The position numbers and the translations under genes are program-made. From NCBI GenBank assembly GCA_963707985.1, contig CAVPRW010000046.1, positions 64,001 to 128,000 on the forward strand: a stretch of 64,000 nt of DNA. Reading direction: 5' to 3'. The notes under the pieces were generated by a model. It was not told the DNA's origin. It did no database searches and saw only the letters and a program-made list of their open reading frames with translations. Of this stretch, positions 40,299-50,665 are shown one piece after another. The stretch comes from an uncultured Nitrospinota bacterium. GTDB lineage: Bacteria; Tectomicrobia; Entotheonellia; J063; CAVPRW01. How positions within the stretch are numbered: position 1 is the stretch's first letter; each line of letters begins with the position of its first letter.

Positions 40299-40570
40299 TC
40301 ATCCGACATCTTCTTGCCGATCGCGTATGGGGCGGGTTCCAGTGTCGCCTCGACACGGACCGCCGCTTTGGTGGTCGCATTCGCTAAGGAGATTCACGAT
40401 CACCTCATAGCTCACCAGTGGCCGCCCACGCCAGTTGTCGGTGCTATGACAACACCGACGATGCTCAATCTTATGCCATCTGCTGGTCCCTGGTGGGACG
40501 GGGTGATAATCGTGCCCAACGTTGGCACAGTCGTCGACCAATGCTTTTTTCTTCGTCTCGACCGAGACGA
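40299..40570 (-). pseudogene. ISAzo13-family transposase C-terminal fragment
   Basis: PPGTSRWHKIEHR...NWRGRPLVSYEVIVNL. Confidence 0.8.
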
Positions 40571-40644
40571 ACAGCTTCCCGCAGTGGCGATTGGCTGGTC
40601 TGGCAGCGCCTGGCGGTGCTCGTCGTCGGACTGGAGTCTTGAGG

Positions 40645-40938
40645 TCATCGTACTGGTGTCCCCTGCTCCAGCGTCTCAGGCGCATCCTTAACTTCCTCTT
40701 CAGCGCGCTCAATGCCCGGCGCGCGGCCTTGGCTGCGCGGAGCACGGCTCAGGGGCGGTGGACTCGGGTCCTGGCGCACGTCCGCGAGCATGGTGCTCTG
40801 GAACTCGTCCGCCGTCCGTTTGAATTAGGCCAGCCCACGTCCCAACGACTTCGCGATGTCCGGGAGCTTTTTCGGCCCCACCACAAGCAAGGCAATTACC
40901 AAAATAACGAGGAGCTCTTGCATGCCCAGGCCAAACAT
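40645..40938 (-). pseudogene. tatB: TatB-like subunit with an internal TAA
   Basis: [37 protein letters not shown]. Confidence 0.75.
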
Positions 40939-41043
40939 GGTCTTCCCCTTGCCGGCGCGCGAGGGCTGTCGGTCGAGTGGTCGGTGCCAGGGCACGCCTC
41001 CCACGAGCCTCATCCCAGCCTCACCCCAGGGCCACCGCGCCGC

Positions 41044-41262
41044 TCACTTCGGCATGACGTGTGGGTTCACCCCGTCCGATGCCGACGGTTCGGTCAGCTG
41101 CGGGGCGGGCTTCTCGGGTCTCTCCGGCTCTATACTGGCGCGTTTGAACTCGCGGACCGCCTGGCCCATGCCGCTGGCGATCTCGGGCAGCTTCTTGCCC
41201 CCAAAAAAGAGCAGGGCGATGACTAAGATGATGAGCAGCTCTTGCATCCCTAACCCGCCCAT
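41044..41262 (-). CDS. tatA: Twin-arginine translocase TatA/E
   Basis: [35 protein letters not shown]. Confidence 0.9.
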   Translation of the reverse strand: MGGLGMQELLIILVIALLFFGGKKLPEIASGMGQAVREFKRASIEPERPEKPAPQLTEPSASDGVNPHVMPK

Positions 41263-41482
41263 ACCACTCTCCTCCGTGCGTGGGTGAGCCTACGGCATTC
41301 GAACCCGCAGATGTCTCGTTATTTATGAGACACCGCCATACGCCAATAGTGCCATCACTACACGATAGACGGTCGGTCACCCGCCGGGCGGATGCTCCAG
41401 GTGACCTCGACGATGCATTTGCCACCAGTCTCTGTGCTGACGAGGGTTGGAATATCGGGTGTTCCCCCCCCCGCACGTTCAC

Positions 41483-43345
41483 TTACGGCTTGACGCCGCT
41501 CCCATCCGTCTGCCAATCCCACCCCGCGGCTTCCAGCTCCAGCAAGGCGGCAAACCGTCCGCCGCGGCGGATCAGTTCCTCGGGAGGACCCGCTTCCACG
41601 ATCTGACCCGCCTCCATCACCAGGACCCGATCGGCCTCTTGGGCCGTGGCCAGGCGATGGGCCACGGTGAGGACCGCACGGCCGCGGCCCATGACCGCCG
41701 CCCGGATGGCGGCGCGAACGGCAGCCTCGCTGGCGCTATCGACCGCGGCCGTGGCCTCGTCCAGCAACAGCACGGCCGGGTCCCACACCAGGGCCCGGGC
41801 GAGGGCGAGCAATTGGCGCTGTCCAGCCGAGAGTTGGATGCCCCCGCCCAAGCGTGTGTCATAGCCCTGTGGCAAGGCTTGGATGAACGCGTCCGCACCG
41901 GCGATGGCCGCGGCCCGCTGGACGGCCTCGCGCGACACCGATGGATCCCCGAGCGTGAGGTTGTCGAACACCGTGCCGCGGAAGAGGTGCACCACCTGCT
42001 GGACCACGCCCATCGCACGTCGACGCTGGTCATCGGTCAACACGGTGGGGTCCGCGCCAGCCACCCGGACGGTCCCGCTCCACGGGGTGTAGAGTCCCCC
42101 CAGCAGGTGTAAGACGCTGCTCTTCCCGGCGCCCGTCCGTCCCACCAGGACGAGATGCTCCCCGGGCTGCGCCGCCAGCGTCACGCCATGCAGTATGGGA
42201 TGGTTGGGCAGGTAGCCGAAGACCACCTGCCGCATCTCGAGGGCGGCATCGCTGCGGGAGCGAGGCTGGTGCGGGCTCCTGGGCGCCGACTCCGTGGACG
42301 GGAGCGCCAGCACCTGGAAGATGCGCTCCAGCCCCGCCAGGGCGGCCTGGACGGTCTGCCACTCGTTGCCCAGGGTCATGATCGGCACAAAAAAGCGCTG
42401 CAGGAGCAGGACAAAGGCCGTGAGCGTGCCCAGCGAGAGGTGCAGGGACGCCAGCAGACCTTGGCCCGCGACCCCGACCCAGAGCACCAACGCCATGGCC
42501 AGCGCCGAGAAAATCACGATCAAGGGGATGTAGAGGGCCGAGTAGACGGTGGCACGATTGTAGGCGGCCACGCCGTCGCGAAGGGCGGCCCGGAACCGGG
42601 CGATAAAGGCGGCCTCGCTGCCGAGCGCGCGAATCACCTCCACCCCCCCCAGGGTCTCCTGGAGGTGGGTATTTTGCAGACCGACGGCCTGGCGGCTCGC
42701 CCGTTCGGCGTCGCGGACCCCGACCTGGAACGCGCGGGTCAGCAGCACCACCGGCACCACCGGCAGCGCCGCCACCAGGGACAGCAGCGGGCTGAGGGCC
42801 ACCATGGCTGCGGCGATGGTCGCCAGCCGGACCACTCCCAGCAGGACCGTGGCCCCACTCGTCCCACTGGCGACCCCTCCCGAGGAGGCCACGGCCCCGG
42901 CCACGGCTGTGGTGAAGAGCGTCGACACGGTGTCCACATCCGCCGTGCAACGGCTGATGATATCTCCCAGCGGGGTGCGGTCATAATACCGCATGGGTAA
43001 GGTCAGCAGATGACTGAAGAGGCGCACCCGCAGCCGGCGGAGCACGCCCTGCGCAATGGTCGCCGTGAGATACTCGGTCAGAAATCCCAGCACCTGCACG
43101 GCCGCCGTGGCCCCCAGGTAGAGGGCCGCGAGGGTGAGCAGCCCCTCGGACCGGCCGTGGGCTAGTGGCCCATCGACGATCTTCTGCACCAGCAGCGGCG
43201 GAGCCAACTCCACCACCGCGCCCAGGAGCACGGCGACGCCCACCAGGGCGAGCCACCAGCGCCAGGGCGTGAGCATGGCCCAGAGTTGGTTGAGGGTCAT
43301 CCCACTGTGCTGCTGGGTTGCGGCAGATGAGCTCGTGTGGGTCAT
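41483..43345 (-). CDS. ABC exporter, fused permease-ATPase
   Basis: TM domain; GRTGAGKS, LSAGQRQ and LLDEAT motifs. Confidence 0.93.
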   Translation of the reverse strand: MTHTSSSAATQQHSGMTLNQLWAMLTPWRWWLALVGVAVLLGAVVELAPPLLVQKIVDGPLAHGRSEGLLTLAALYLGATAAVQVLGFLTEYLTATIAQGVLRRLRVRLFSHLLTLPMRYYDRTPLGDIISRCTADVDTVSTLFTTAVAGAVASSGGVASGTSGATVLLGVVRLATIAAAMVALSPLLSLVAALPVVPVVLLTRAFQVGVRDAERASRQAVGLQNTHLQETLGGVEVIRALGSEAAFIARFRAALRDGVAAYNRATVYSALYIPLIVIFSALAMALVLWVGVAGQGLLASLHLSLGTLTAFVLLLQRFFVPIMTLGNEWQTVQAALAGLERIFQVLALPSTESAPRSPHQPRSRSDAALEMRQVVFGYLPNHPILHGVTLAAQPGEHLVLVGRTGAGKSSVLHLLGGLYTPWSGTVRVAGADPTVLTDDQRRRAMGVVQQVVHLFRGTVFDNLTLGDPSVSREAVQRAAAIAGADAFIQALPQGYDTRLGGGIQLSAGQRQLLALARALVWDPAVLLLDEATAAVDSASEAAVRAAIRAAVMGRGRAVLTVAHRLATAQEADRVLVMEAGQIVEAGPPEELIRRGGRFAALLELEAAGWDWQTDGSGVKP

Positions 43346-43366
43346 CGGGTGTCCCCCTTGGTCACG

Positions 43367-45238
43367 CTACCCTGTGCTGACCAGACGCTGCGCCCGGTAG
43401 ATGCGGGCGTACAGCCCGTTGCCGGTGCTCAGTTCGGCGTGGGTCCCTTGCTCACGCACGCGACCGTGGTCCAGGACCACCACCCGATCGGCCTGCGGAA
43501 ATGCCGACAGTCGGTGTGAGCACAGCACGATCGTGCATTGCTGGGCGTATGGCTGCGACGGGCCGAAGAGCTGTCGCAAGGCCGCAACGATCGTGGCTTC
43601 CGTGTCCAGGTCCAGGGCCGAGAACGGATCGTCCAGGACCAGCAGCCCCGGAGCCCGGGGGCCGGAGGCCGCCAGCGCGCGCGCCAGGGCAATACGCTGA
43701 CGCTGACCACCGGAGACGCGGATGCCCAGTTCGCCGATTTCCGTCTCCAGGCCCGCCGGAAAGGTCTGCAGGTCCTCACCCAGGGCGGCGCAGGCCACGG
43801 CCCATTCCGGGACAGGGTGAGCGCTGGCCCCATCGCGGGCATGGGCCAACACCTGACGCCGGGCGACCGAACCCAACACGATGTTGTCGCGCACGGTGCC
43901 CGAGAAGAGCCAGGGGTCCTGGGCCAGATATCCAGTACGGGCGGCGCGCTCGGCCACCGGAATGTCCTCCAGGGGACGGCCATCCAGCAGCACCTGCCCC
44001 GACTCTAAAGGGTACAGGCCCAGTAGGGCCCTGGCCAGCGCGCTTTTGCCCGAGCCCACGGGGCCCGTGACCGCGACCAGGGCGCCAGCCGGAATGTCGA
44101 GCCAGATGTCGTGCAACGCGGGAGCGGTGGCGGTCGAGTAGCGGAAGGTGACCCCTTGCAAGGAGACCGCCACCGGTCCGGAGGGAACGGCGGGTAGTGC
44201 AGGCACCGGATCCTGCATGCCGACGATATGGCCAGCACGGAAGGAGGCCCCAGGTGGCTCGTCGGCGAGCGGCGGGGGAGGCGCCAGGAGTGGACGGAGC
44301 CGCGCGTAGGCGGCGGCACCGCCCTGGATGGAGTTGACCATCTGGGGCACCCGAAAGCCACGGTTGACGAAGCGCAGATAGAGCTCCAGGTAGGCAATGA
44401 AGGCCCCGAGTGTCATGGTGCCGCTGACGACCTGCTCGCCCCCCTGCCAGACCACCAGCAGGACGCCCGCACTCATGAGCGTGGTATAGACCGGCCGGAG
44501 TCCGCTGCGCAGCCGCACCAGGGCCAGGTTGGTGGCGGCTTGCTCTCCTGCCAGCGTGTCGACTCGCTCCACAGCGGCTCCCGTCCGGCCAAAGAGTCGG
44601 AGGACACGGATCCCGGCCAACTGCTCCTGGAGCGCCGTGGTCAGGGACGCGTTGGCTTCGCGGGAGGCCGTGGTGAGACCGGCGACCCAACGGCCCGTGG
44701 CCTTGGCCAGGAGCATGGCGACGGGCACCGGCAGCAAGGCCAGCACGGTCAGGGGCAGGTCGTAGACCAACATCGCGACCACGAGCGAGAGGGAAAACAG
44801 GACGGTGTCCCAGGTCTCGATGGTAAACTCGCGCAGGCCCACGCCGAGCACCTCGACGTCGCCGATAATGCGTGCCATCACGTCGCCCACAGGGGTGCGG
44901 TCCAGCCGTGCCATCGGCCAGCCGATGACGCCGCGCAACGCATCCGCCCGGATGTTGGCACGGATACGGCCGTTAGCCGTCATCAGCCACCAGCGCTTGG
45001 CCATGCGGGGGACTTCGGTGAGCAGCGTGCCGCCCACGAAGGCCAGGGCGGCCCAGCCCACCACGTCCGGGCCCACGTCACCCCGTTCAAACGCCCGCGC
45101 CGCATTGATGGCCCGGCCCAGCAGGATCGCCGGCAGCACCACGGCGGTGTTCATGATGATCCCGGTGATCGAGCCGAGGACCAGCTGCCCCGTCACCTGG
45201 CGGAAGTAGGGGCGCATCTCCCAGAGATAGTAGCTCAT
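43367..45238 (-). CDS. ABC exporter, fused permease-ATPase (degenerate partner)
   Basis: GPVGSGKS, VSGGQRQR and VLDDP motifs. Confidence 0.92.
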   Translation of the reverse strand: MSYYLWEMRPYFRQVTGQLVLGSITGIIMNTAVVLPAILLGRAINAARAFERGDVGPDVVGWAALAFVGGTLLTEVPRMAKRWWLMTANGRIRANIRADALRGVIGWPMARLDRTPVGDVMARIIGDVEVLGVGLREFTIETWDTVLFSLSLVVAMLVYDLPLTVLALLPVPVAMLLAKATGRWVAGLTTASREANASLTTALQEQLAGIRVLRLFGRTGAAVERVDTLAGEQAATNLALVRLRSGLRPVYTTLMSAGVLLVVWQGGEQVVSGTMTLGAFIAYLELYLRFVNRGFRVPQMVNSIQGGAAAYARLRPLLAPPPPLADEPPGASFRAGHIVGMQDPVPALPAVPSGPVAVSLQGVTFRYSTATAPALHDIWLDIPAGALVAVTGPVGSGKSALARALLGLYPLESGQVLLDGRPLEDIPVAERAARTGYLAQDPWLFSGTVRDNIVLGSVARRQVLAHARDGASAHPVPEWAVACAALGEDLQTFPAGLETEIGELGIRVSGGQRQRIALARALAASGPRAPGLLVLDDPFSALDLDTEATIVAALRQLFGPSQPYAQQCTIVLCSHRLSAFPQADRVVVLDHGRVREQGTHAELSTGNGLYARIYRAQRLVSTG

Positions 45239-46225
45239 CGACGATCGGTCCTTCCCTGGTGTGTCGTCTCATGCGGCGTCACGAGCGGTGGGCGACTCAC
45301 GCCACAGGTCTGTAGCAGATGGCGCAACCGCTCCAGGGCCTGGGGTCGCCTATCCGGTCGCGTCGCGAGCGCCGCCATATCACTGAGCACAAGGCTCGAG
45401 CGCCACGCGGCCATGAACTCGTCGGTGAGCGGTGCTTCGTCAGCGTATCCTTGCAGCATGACGACATGGTCCGCGTGGGTCGGCCACCGCCAATCGAGTG
45501 CGGGATGACCGATATACGCATCGCCGAAATCGATCAGGCCGACAAACGCGAGGGTATCAGGCTGGACAAAGGTATGGACCGGCCCGGGGTTCGAGTGCAG
45601 CGCCACCAGATCGACCGAGGCAGGGAGCGCCGCAAGAGCCCTTGACGCCAGGTCCGCTGGCGAGACGCCGAGCGGCCAGAGGTGTGGGGTGTCATCAATG
45701 ACCTGCACCGCATGGGCCAGGTTCGCCCGCATACGCTCGACGAACGCACTCCCGTGTGTGATTTCCAGGGAAGAGCGCGCTGTCAGAGAACGGCGCCTGG
45801 GGAATCGAGTGGAGGCGTCGCAAGGTCCTCCCGAGCTGATGCAACACGTCCGTTCGTTTCGCCCCGGTGAGCTCGACTGTGAGCGCAGAGACTCCTGGCA
45901 TCCGCGTCATCACCAGGTATTCGATGCTGTCATGCCTGCCGTATCCCAGCACGTGGGGGACCACGATGTCTGGGTAGGCGGACAGCTGATGCAGGAAGAA
46001 CGCTTCCTTTTCCAAGCTGGTCCGGGGGCGCAGGCGGTGGGGTCGTTGGACCTTCACCACAAGGGTGTCGTCAATGACATACACACGGGCCTCCCCACCC
46101 GTCTCATCAATGCTGGTGACCGCCGAGCCGCGCACGCCATGGCGACGCACGAGGGCAAGCACCGTCCGCTCATCCAGCACAGGGTCAGCGGCGTGGGGCT
46201 GGCTGTAGATGTCATCAGGTGGCAT
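45235..46225 (-). pseudogene. Aminoglycoside phosphotransferase-like kinase, frameshifted
   Basis: GGEARVY..VVK, YLVMTRMPG; second frame gives LHSNPGPVH..GLIDFGD. Confidence 0.8.
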
Positions 46226-46374
46226 GATTCCCCCTCCGCACCCTCGGGAGTGCCCCCAATCGGCGCGCTGTGTGTCATGGGCTTTGGCCCTTGGTTCCCC
46301 AGGTTCAATGCTCATTGTCTATATACGGGTCGACGAAGGCGGCCTGAGACGGCGTGGCCATGCGATTGGGGCTG

Positions 46375-47577
46375 TCACGAGAATCGACCGCGCAGGACAA
46401 GCCCCACGGCAGCGCCTCCCAGCATGAGCGGTAAGGGGCCGAGGCGCCCACATCCCATCGCCACCACTGTGCCCACGGCCAGCAACCCGGTAATCAGGTC
46501 GAGTATCGCGTGGGGCAACATCCGGATCACCGCCACGGCGGTCATGCCGATCACCACGGGGCTGATGCCCTGGAGGGCCGCTTTCATCCAGGCCAAACGT
46601 CTCATGCGCTCCATCACGGGCAGAACTGCGAGCATAAGGATGAACGAGGGCAGGTAGACTGCCACCGCCGCCGCCACGGCACCCCAGATGGCGCCGACAG
46701 CGTACCCCACGAACGCGGCCAGCATCACGATAGGCCCTGGGGTGAGTTGACCGAGCGCCAGACCGTCGAGGAATTGCTGCGGCGTCAGCCAGTGTAAGTG
46801 ATTGACGACCTGATCTTGTATGAACGCCAGGATGGTCAATCCACCCCCAAAGGTAAAGGCTCCAACTTTGAGAAAGAAGCGCCCGATCTCCCAGAGACCG
46901 GGGTTGAGGGAGGTCATGGTGGGGTCGATAGCGGGGCCAGTGAAGGCAGGAATTGTGACCCGCGCGCTCCCCCAATGGTAAGCACCATACAGGATGATGA
47001 TGACCAGCCCTACCGCGATACCGCAGGCGCGCGAGCCGTAGCGCACGACACCGACAGCACCGGCCAGGAGCATCGTGGGGACGATGCCAACGCCCGTGAG
47101 GCCCAGGGCCAGAGCGCTGCCGAGCGCCAGCAGGACTTGCGTCCGATCGCGAACCGCCGCCCGGCCCAGCCGGTACACGGACGTCGCAAAGATCCCCACC
47201 ACCACTGGGCTCAGTCCATAAAATAGATGACGCATGCTCGGCAGCGCACCATAACGGTGATAGATCAGGGTCAAGGCCAGCAGGATACAAAACGCGGGCA
47301 GGATGAAACAGAGCCCTGCCAGTACACCCCCCCACCATCCAGCGCGCGTGAAGCCTAAAAAGATCCCCAACTGGACCCCGCTGGGACCTGGCAAGGTATT
47401 CACCAGCGCCAGCCCCTCGATAAACTGTTCCCTTGGGATCCAGGCCCGCTTTTCCAGGACCTCCGTCTGCATGATGCCTACGGACGCAGCCCCGCCGTAA
47501 TTCATGGCGCCAATCTTCAGGAATGTCCCCATGACCTCTCGCCAATGCTGTCGAAACCCCCCGGGCGTGCTCCTCAC
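46375..47577 (-). CDS. chrA: Long-chain chromate transporter
   Basis: Duplicated FLKIGA..GG/LPGP and FLKVGAFTFGGG/TPGP halves; AGGAGG RBS before GTG 47577. Confidence 0.9.
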   Translation of the reverse strand: MRSTPGGFRQHWREVMGTFLKIGAMNYGGAASVGIMQTEVLEKRAWIPREQFIEGLALVNTLPGPSGVQLGIFLGFTRAGWWGGVLAGLCFILPAFCILLALTLIYHRYGALPSMRHLFYGLSPVVVGIFATSVYRLGRAAVRDRTQVLLALGSALALGLTGVGIVPTMLLAGAVGVVRYGSRACGIAVGLVIIILYGAYHWGSARVTIPAFTGPAIDPTMTSLNPGLWEIGRFFLKVGAFTFGGGLTILAFIQDQVVNHLHWLTPQQFLDGLALGQLTPGPIVMLAAFVGYAVGAIWGAVAAAVAVYLPSFILMLAVLPVMERMRRLAWMKAALQGISPVVIGMTAVAVIRMLPHAILDLITGLLAVGTVVAMGCGRLGPLPLMLGGAAVGLVLRGRFS

Positions 47578-47798
47578 GCGCGTCCCCCTCCTGATCGGCC
47601 GGATGGAATCGGTCTCCTTGGTGTCGTCGTCGACGACTTTGACGACAAGGCTCGTGTTCGCCTCAAAGGCCTTCACAATCGTGTCCGAGAACACTCGGTC
47701 TTCGAACGTCTACACGACGACCTGCTAGGCACCTCGCCGGCGGCCGCTGAGAAGCTTTCTTTCGAGAACCATCAGGAGGCGCTCAATGATGAGGCGCC

Positions 47799-48497
47799 TT
47801 ATGGCCCATCCGCCTTGATGCCGCGCACCACCAATTCATCAAACGCGGTGATCGAGTCGGCCTTGGTCCAGAGGCCTACCTGGCCGGCGCGAAAGCGCGC
47901 GTCACGATGGTCCAGCAGGCGCGTGCCGTTGAGGTAGGCCTGGAAGTGATCGCCCACCGCGACCATCCGCATCGTGTGCCACTGGCCGAGCGCCGGCGGC
48001 TGCACCGTGGTCGTGGCCAGCTGATGTCGGCTCCGGTCATAGTAGTACAGCCGAACGTTGTCCTCCAGCGCATTGGCCCGCACGACGTAGTAGTGCCCCC
48101 CGGTGAAGCGAAACACCAGGCCAGCGGAGGCGTCTTCCCGGCCGGAGATCGGTTTGAAGCGGACAGAGATGTCTACGTCCGTATACGGCCCTCCAGGGGT
48201 GACAATCACGTTGAAGGCATTCTTGACGGCGCGCTGCACGAGCACGCGCTCGCCACTCAGAGCCCCCGGCATCTCTTCCACGGCCCACTCGCCGTCAATC
48301 GTCCTCCAGCCCTTGAGATCCTGAAGCTCGAAGTCAAAGCGCTCCGCCTGGGCGGTCTCGGGCACGCTGAGCTCGGCCGCTTGGGCCATGATGAAGCGTT
48401 GGGAGGAGTCTTCGGAGGGCTCGAATAACCACACGCCTCCGAACACGATCAGCGCCAGTCCACAGATCGACCGGTAGAGTGGTTTGATGCGCCGCAT
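47799..48497 (-). CDS. Exported DUF1080/ConA-like beta-sandwich protein
   Basis: N-terminal TM; GREDASAGLVFR..YYVVRANALE..GQVGLWTKADS. Confidence 0.75.
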   Translation of the reverse strand: MRRIKPLYRSICGLALIVFGGVWLFEPSEDSSQRFIMAQAAELSVPETAQAERFDFELQDLKGWRTIDGEWAVEEMPGALSGERVLVQRAVKNAFNVIVTPGGPYTDVDISVRFKPISGREDASAGLVFRFTGGHYYVVRANALEDNVRLYYYDRSRHQLATTTVQPPALGQWHTMRMVAVGDHFQAYLNGTRLLDHRDARFRAGQVGLWTKADSITAFDELVVRGIKADGP

Positions 48498-48977
48498 AGG
48501 CTCCTCCTTTGCCATCGTGCTTCCCGGTCGGCCCCAACGCCCCGTGCGATCCCGGCGTGCCGACGGTGCCATTACCCCATTCGCACCAACGGCCAGAGCA
48601 CTAAGCCCACGAGTCCAGAGAGCGCGACAAGCAGCGGTTCTGGGACTTTGAAGCGCCATAAGACCCCGAGGCTCGCAAGCCCGATGAGCTCGGCGCTCCA
48701 CCAGATCCCGGTGCATGAAGCCGACCAACGCGACCGGCCCGCCAAACCCCCAGGTGCCGAGGGTGAGAAAATATCCGGTGAGGGGCCAGAGCCCTATGCC
48801 ACTTCACGAGACGGGCTCGTCGTAGTGGCGTGGGCCAGCCGATTGAGACGGCGATCGTGACATCGTGTTCCTCCATTTCGCACCTGGGTGTTTTCTCGTC
48901 ACACCACTCACGATGGGAGTCATTGGCAGCCACCGCGCTGGCACTTCGCGAAACTCCTGAAGCTGGTGTGTGCCCGA

Positions 48978-49946
48978 TTACGGCCGTTGGCTCTCAAGCG
49001 CGGCTTTTAACCCCGTGGCGAGCGCACGGGTCGGGCCCACGCCCCAGTAGTGCAAAAAAACGGTGCGCGGGGACTCCTCAATCATGTGGTGATGAATGGC
49101 GACGATGTTGATGCCGGCCCCGCGCAAGGCCTTGAGCACCGGCTGCAGCTCGGGCTCGAACATGACGAAATCGCCATCGACGACCGCTTCGGTATCGCTT
49201 CCGGCAAAGGCCGCCCAGGTGTTGACGCCCATGGCATTTCCCACCTCATGGCCGTGCATCGTCGTGGCGCGCCCCATGGTGATCTTGTAGACACCACTGG
49301 CGAGTTGCCCCTTGACGCCGAGGAGGTCTTCAATGACGTTCGGGTTCAATGACGTCTGCGCGGGGCTGAGCACGACCTGCGGGAGCTCACTGGTGTGGGG
49401 ATCGAGAAACGTTTCGGCCGGGCTGCGTTCGACCCGTGGGACCTCACTCGTGTGGCGACTCGTGTTTTGGATGCTGGCAAAGACTTTACCAACAGCGCCG
49501 GCAAGTGTTTCCTCCTCGCCCATGCCGCCGATGTGCATGAACATCACCCGGGGCGAATCCCACAAGAAGTGGTTGTGGAGTGCCGTGACTTCGAGGCCGT
49601 GCTCCAGGGCGGCACTCATCACCGGGTTCACCTGATTCTCCAAGAGGACCATATCGCCCATGACCATGACTTGGTTTCCCGCTTGCTGAAATGCCGCCCA
49701 CGAGGTGAGCCCCAACGGCGGCGTCATCTTCACGCCGGCTATAGTGATGGCCAGGTCGCTCCGGGGCATGCTCACCTTGAACACCCCGTCTTTCTCGCTG
49801 AGCTCGCCTTTCATCCCTGTCAAGCGCTCGATCATGGCCGTATCCAGGCGGGCTTCCCTCGAGGCGGATCCCACTTCGGAGCTCACGAGCATGAGCCATG
49901 TCAGGGCAACCATTGTTCCCACCGCGATGCTTCGTCGGCTACTCAT
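48978..49946 (-). CDS. DUF1259 (LppY/LpqO) two-domain protein
   Basis: SWAAF..MGD..ALHNH..FMH repeated as TWAAF..GDF..IHHH..FLH; signal peptide. Confidence 0.85.
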   Translation of the reverse strand: MSSRRSIAVGTMVALTWLMLVSSEVGSASREARLDTAMIERLTGMKGELSEKDGVFKVSMPRSDLAITIAGVKMTPPLGLTSWAAFQQAGNQVMVMGDMVLLENQVNPVMSAALEHGLEVTALHNHFLWDSPRVMFMHIGGMGEEETLAGAVGKVFASIQNTSRHTSEVPRVERSPAETFLDPHTSELPQVVLSPAQTSLNPNVIEDLLGVKGQLASGVYKITMGRATTMHGHEVGNAMGVNTWAAFAGSDTEAVVDGDFVMFEPELQPVLKALRGAGINIVAIHHHMIEESPRTVFLHYWGVGPTRALATGLKAALESQRP

Positions 49947-50026
49947 CGAACACCTCCGTCTCCATCAGCACGCCCGTATGCGTGTCAGACGTGATCAGGT
50001 GCAGATCATGAACCTCGCTGATGCGA

Positions 50027-50482
50027 TCAGCCGTGCACCGTCGGCTGGAGGGTGGGCAGTGTGCCACCGCAGTATACATACAGCGCGTCATAGATCGGAA
50101 ACTCCCGTCCGAGCTTCTCAGGATCGCTTAACTCCATTTTCTGGAAGCCGCCGGCGATGGCATCGAGCCCACGAGACTCAGGCGTCAGGTCCTTATCGGC
50201 GGTATCTGCACCGCGGACAATGAGCGCCAGGCGATCCAGCGCAGGGTCTTTGCCGTCCAGGCGATACTTCTGCATCAGCGCATCAAAGCTACAGAAGGGA
50301 CCGTGGTGGCCAAGCTCGACGTCGGGAACGTCGTACGGAGTGGCCCCATGTCGTTTCGATTCGGCCATCACCTGGTCTGCAGGCACGTAGAGAAACTCCG
50401 GGCTCGAATCGATGAAGCGACTGATGAGCCAGGGACAAGCAATGCGGTCGACTTTGGCCCGTTCACGCGTAATCCATTTCAT
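50027..50482 (-). CDS. ChrB C-terminal-domain protein (ChrF-like)
   Basis: MKWITRERAKVDRIACPWLISRFID...CSFD...YDALY. Confidence 0.88.
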   Translation of the reverse strand: MKWITRERAKVDRIACPWLISRFIDSSPEFLYVPADQVMAESKRHGATPYDVPDVELGHHGPFCSFDALMQKYRLDGKDPALDRLALIVRGADTADKDLTPESRGLDAIAGGFQKMELSDPEKLGREFPIYDALYVYCGGTLPTLQPTVHG

Positions 50483-50665
50483 GAAGGCTCTCCTTTCCCT
50501 CTCCTGCGCCATACAGAAATGCTGGCGCTGGAGACACCGGTTGATCATCGCTCCGATGTGCCACTGTCGCCCAGCCGCCTCATATGGGCAGCGATCACAC
50601 GTATAGCGACGTTGTGTGGTCAGACAAAGAGGACGGTGCGATCGTCTCTCATGGCCTGTCCCCAT

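Noticed and set aside
3589..40827. Stop-codon reassignment or selenocysteine/pyrrolysine readthrough to explain in-frame stops
   Set aside because: TGA, TAG and TAA all occur as internal stops alongside frameshifts, and intact genes end with all three codons.
47578..47740. N-terminal extension of ChrA
   Set aside because: It resembles a stop-containing remnant of a solute-binding protein, and a better RBS and GTG lie at 47577.
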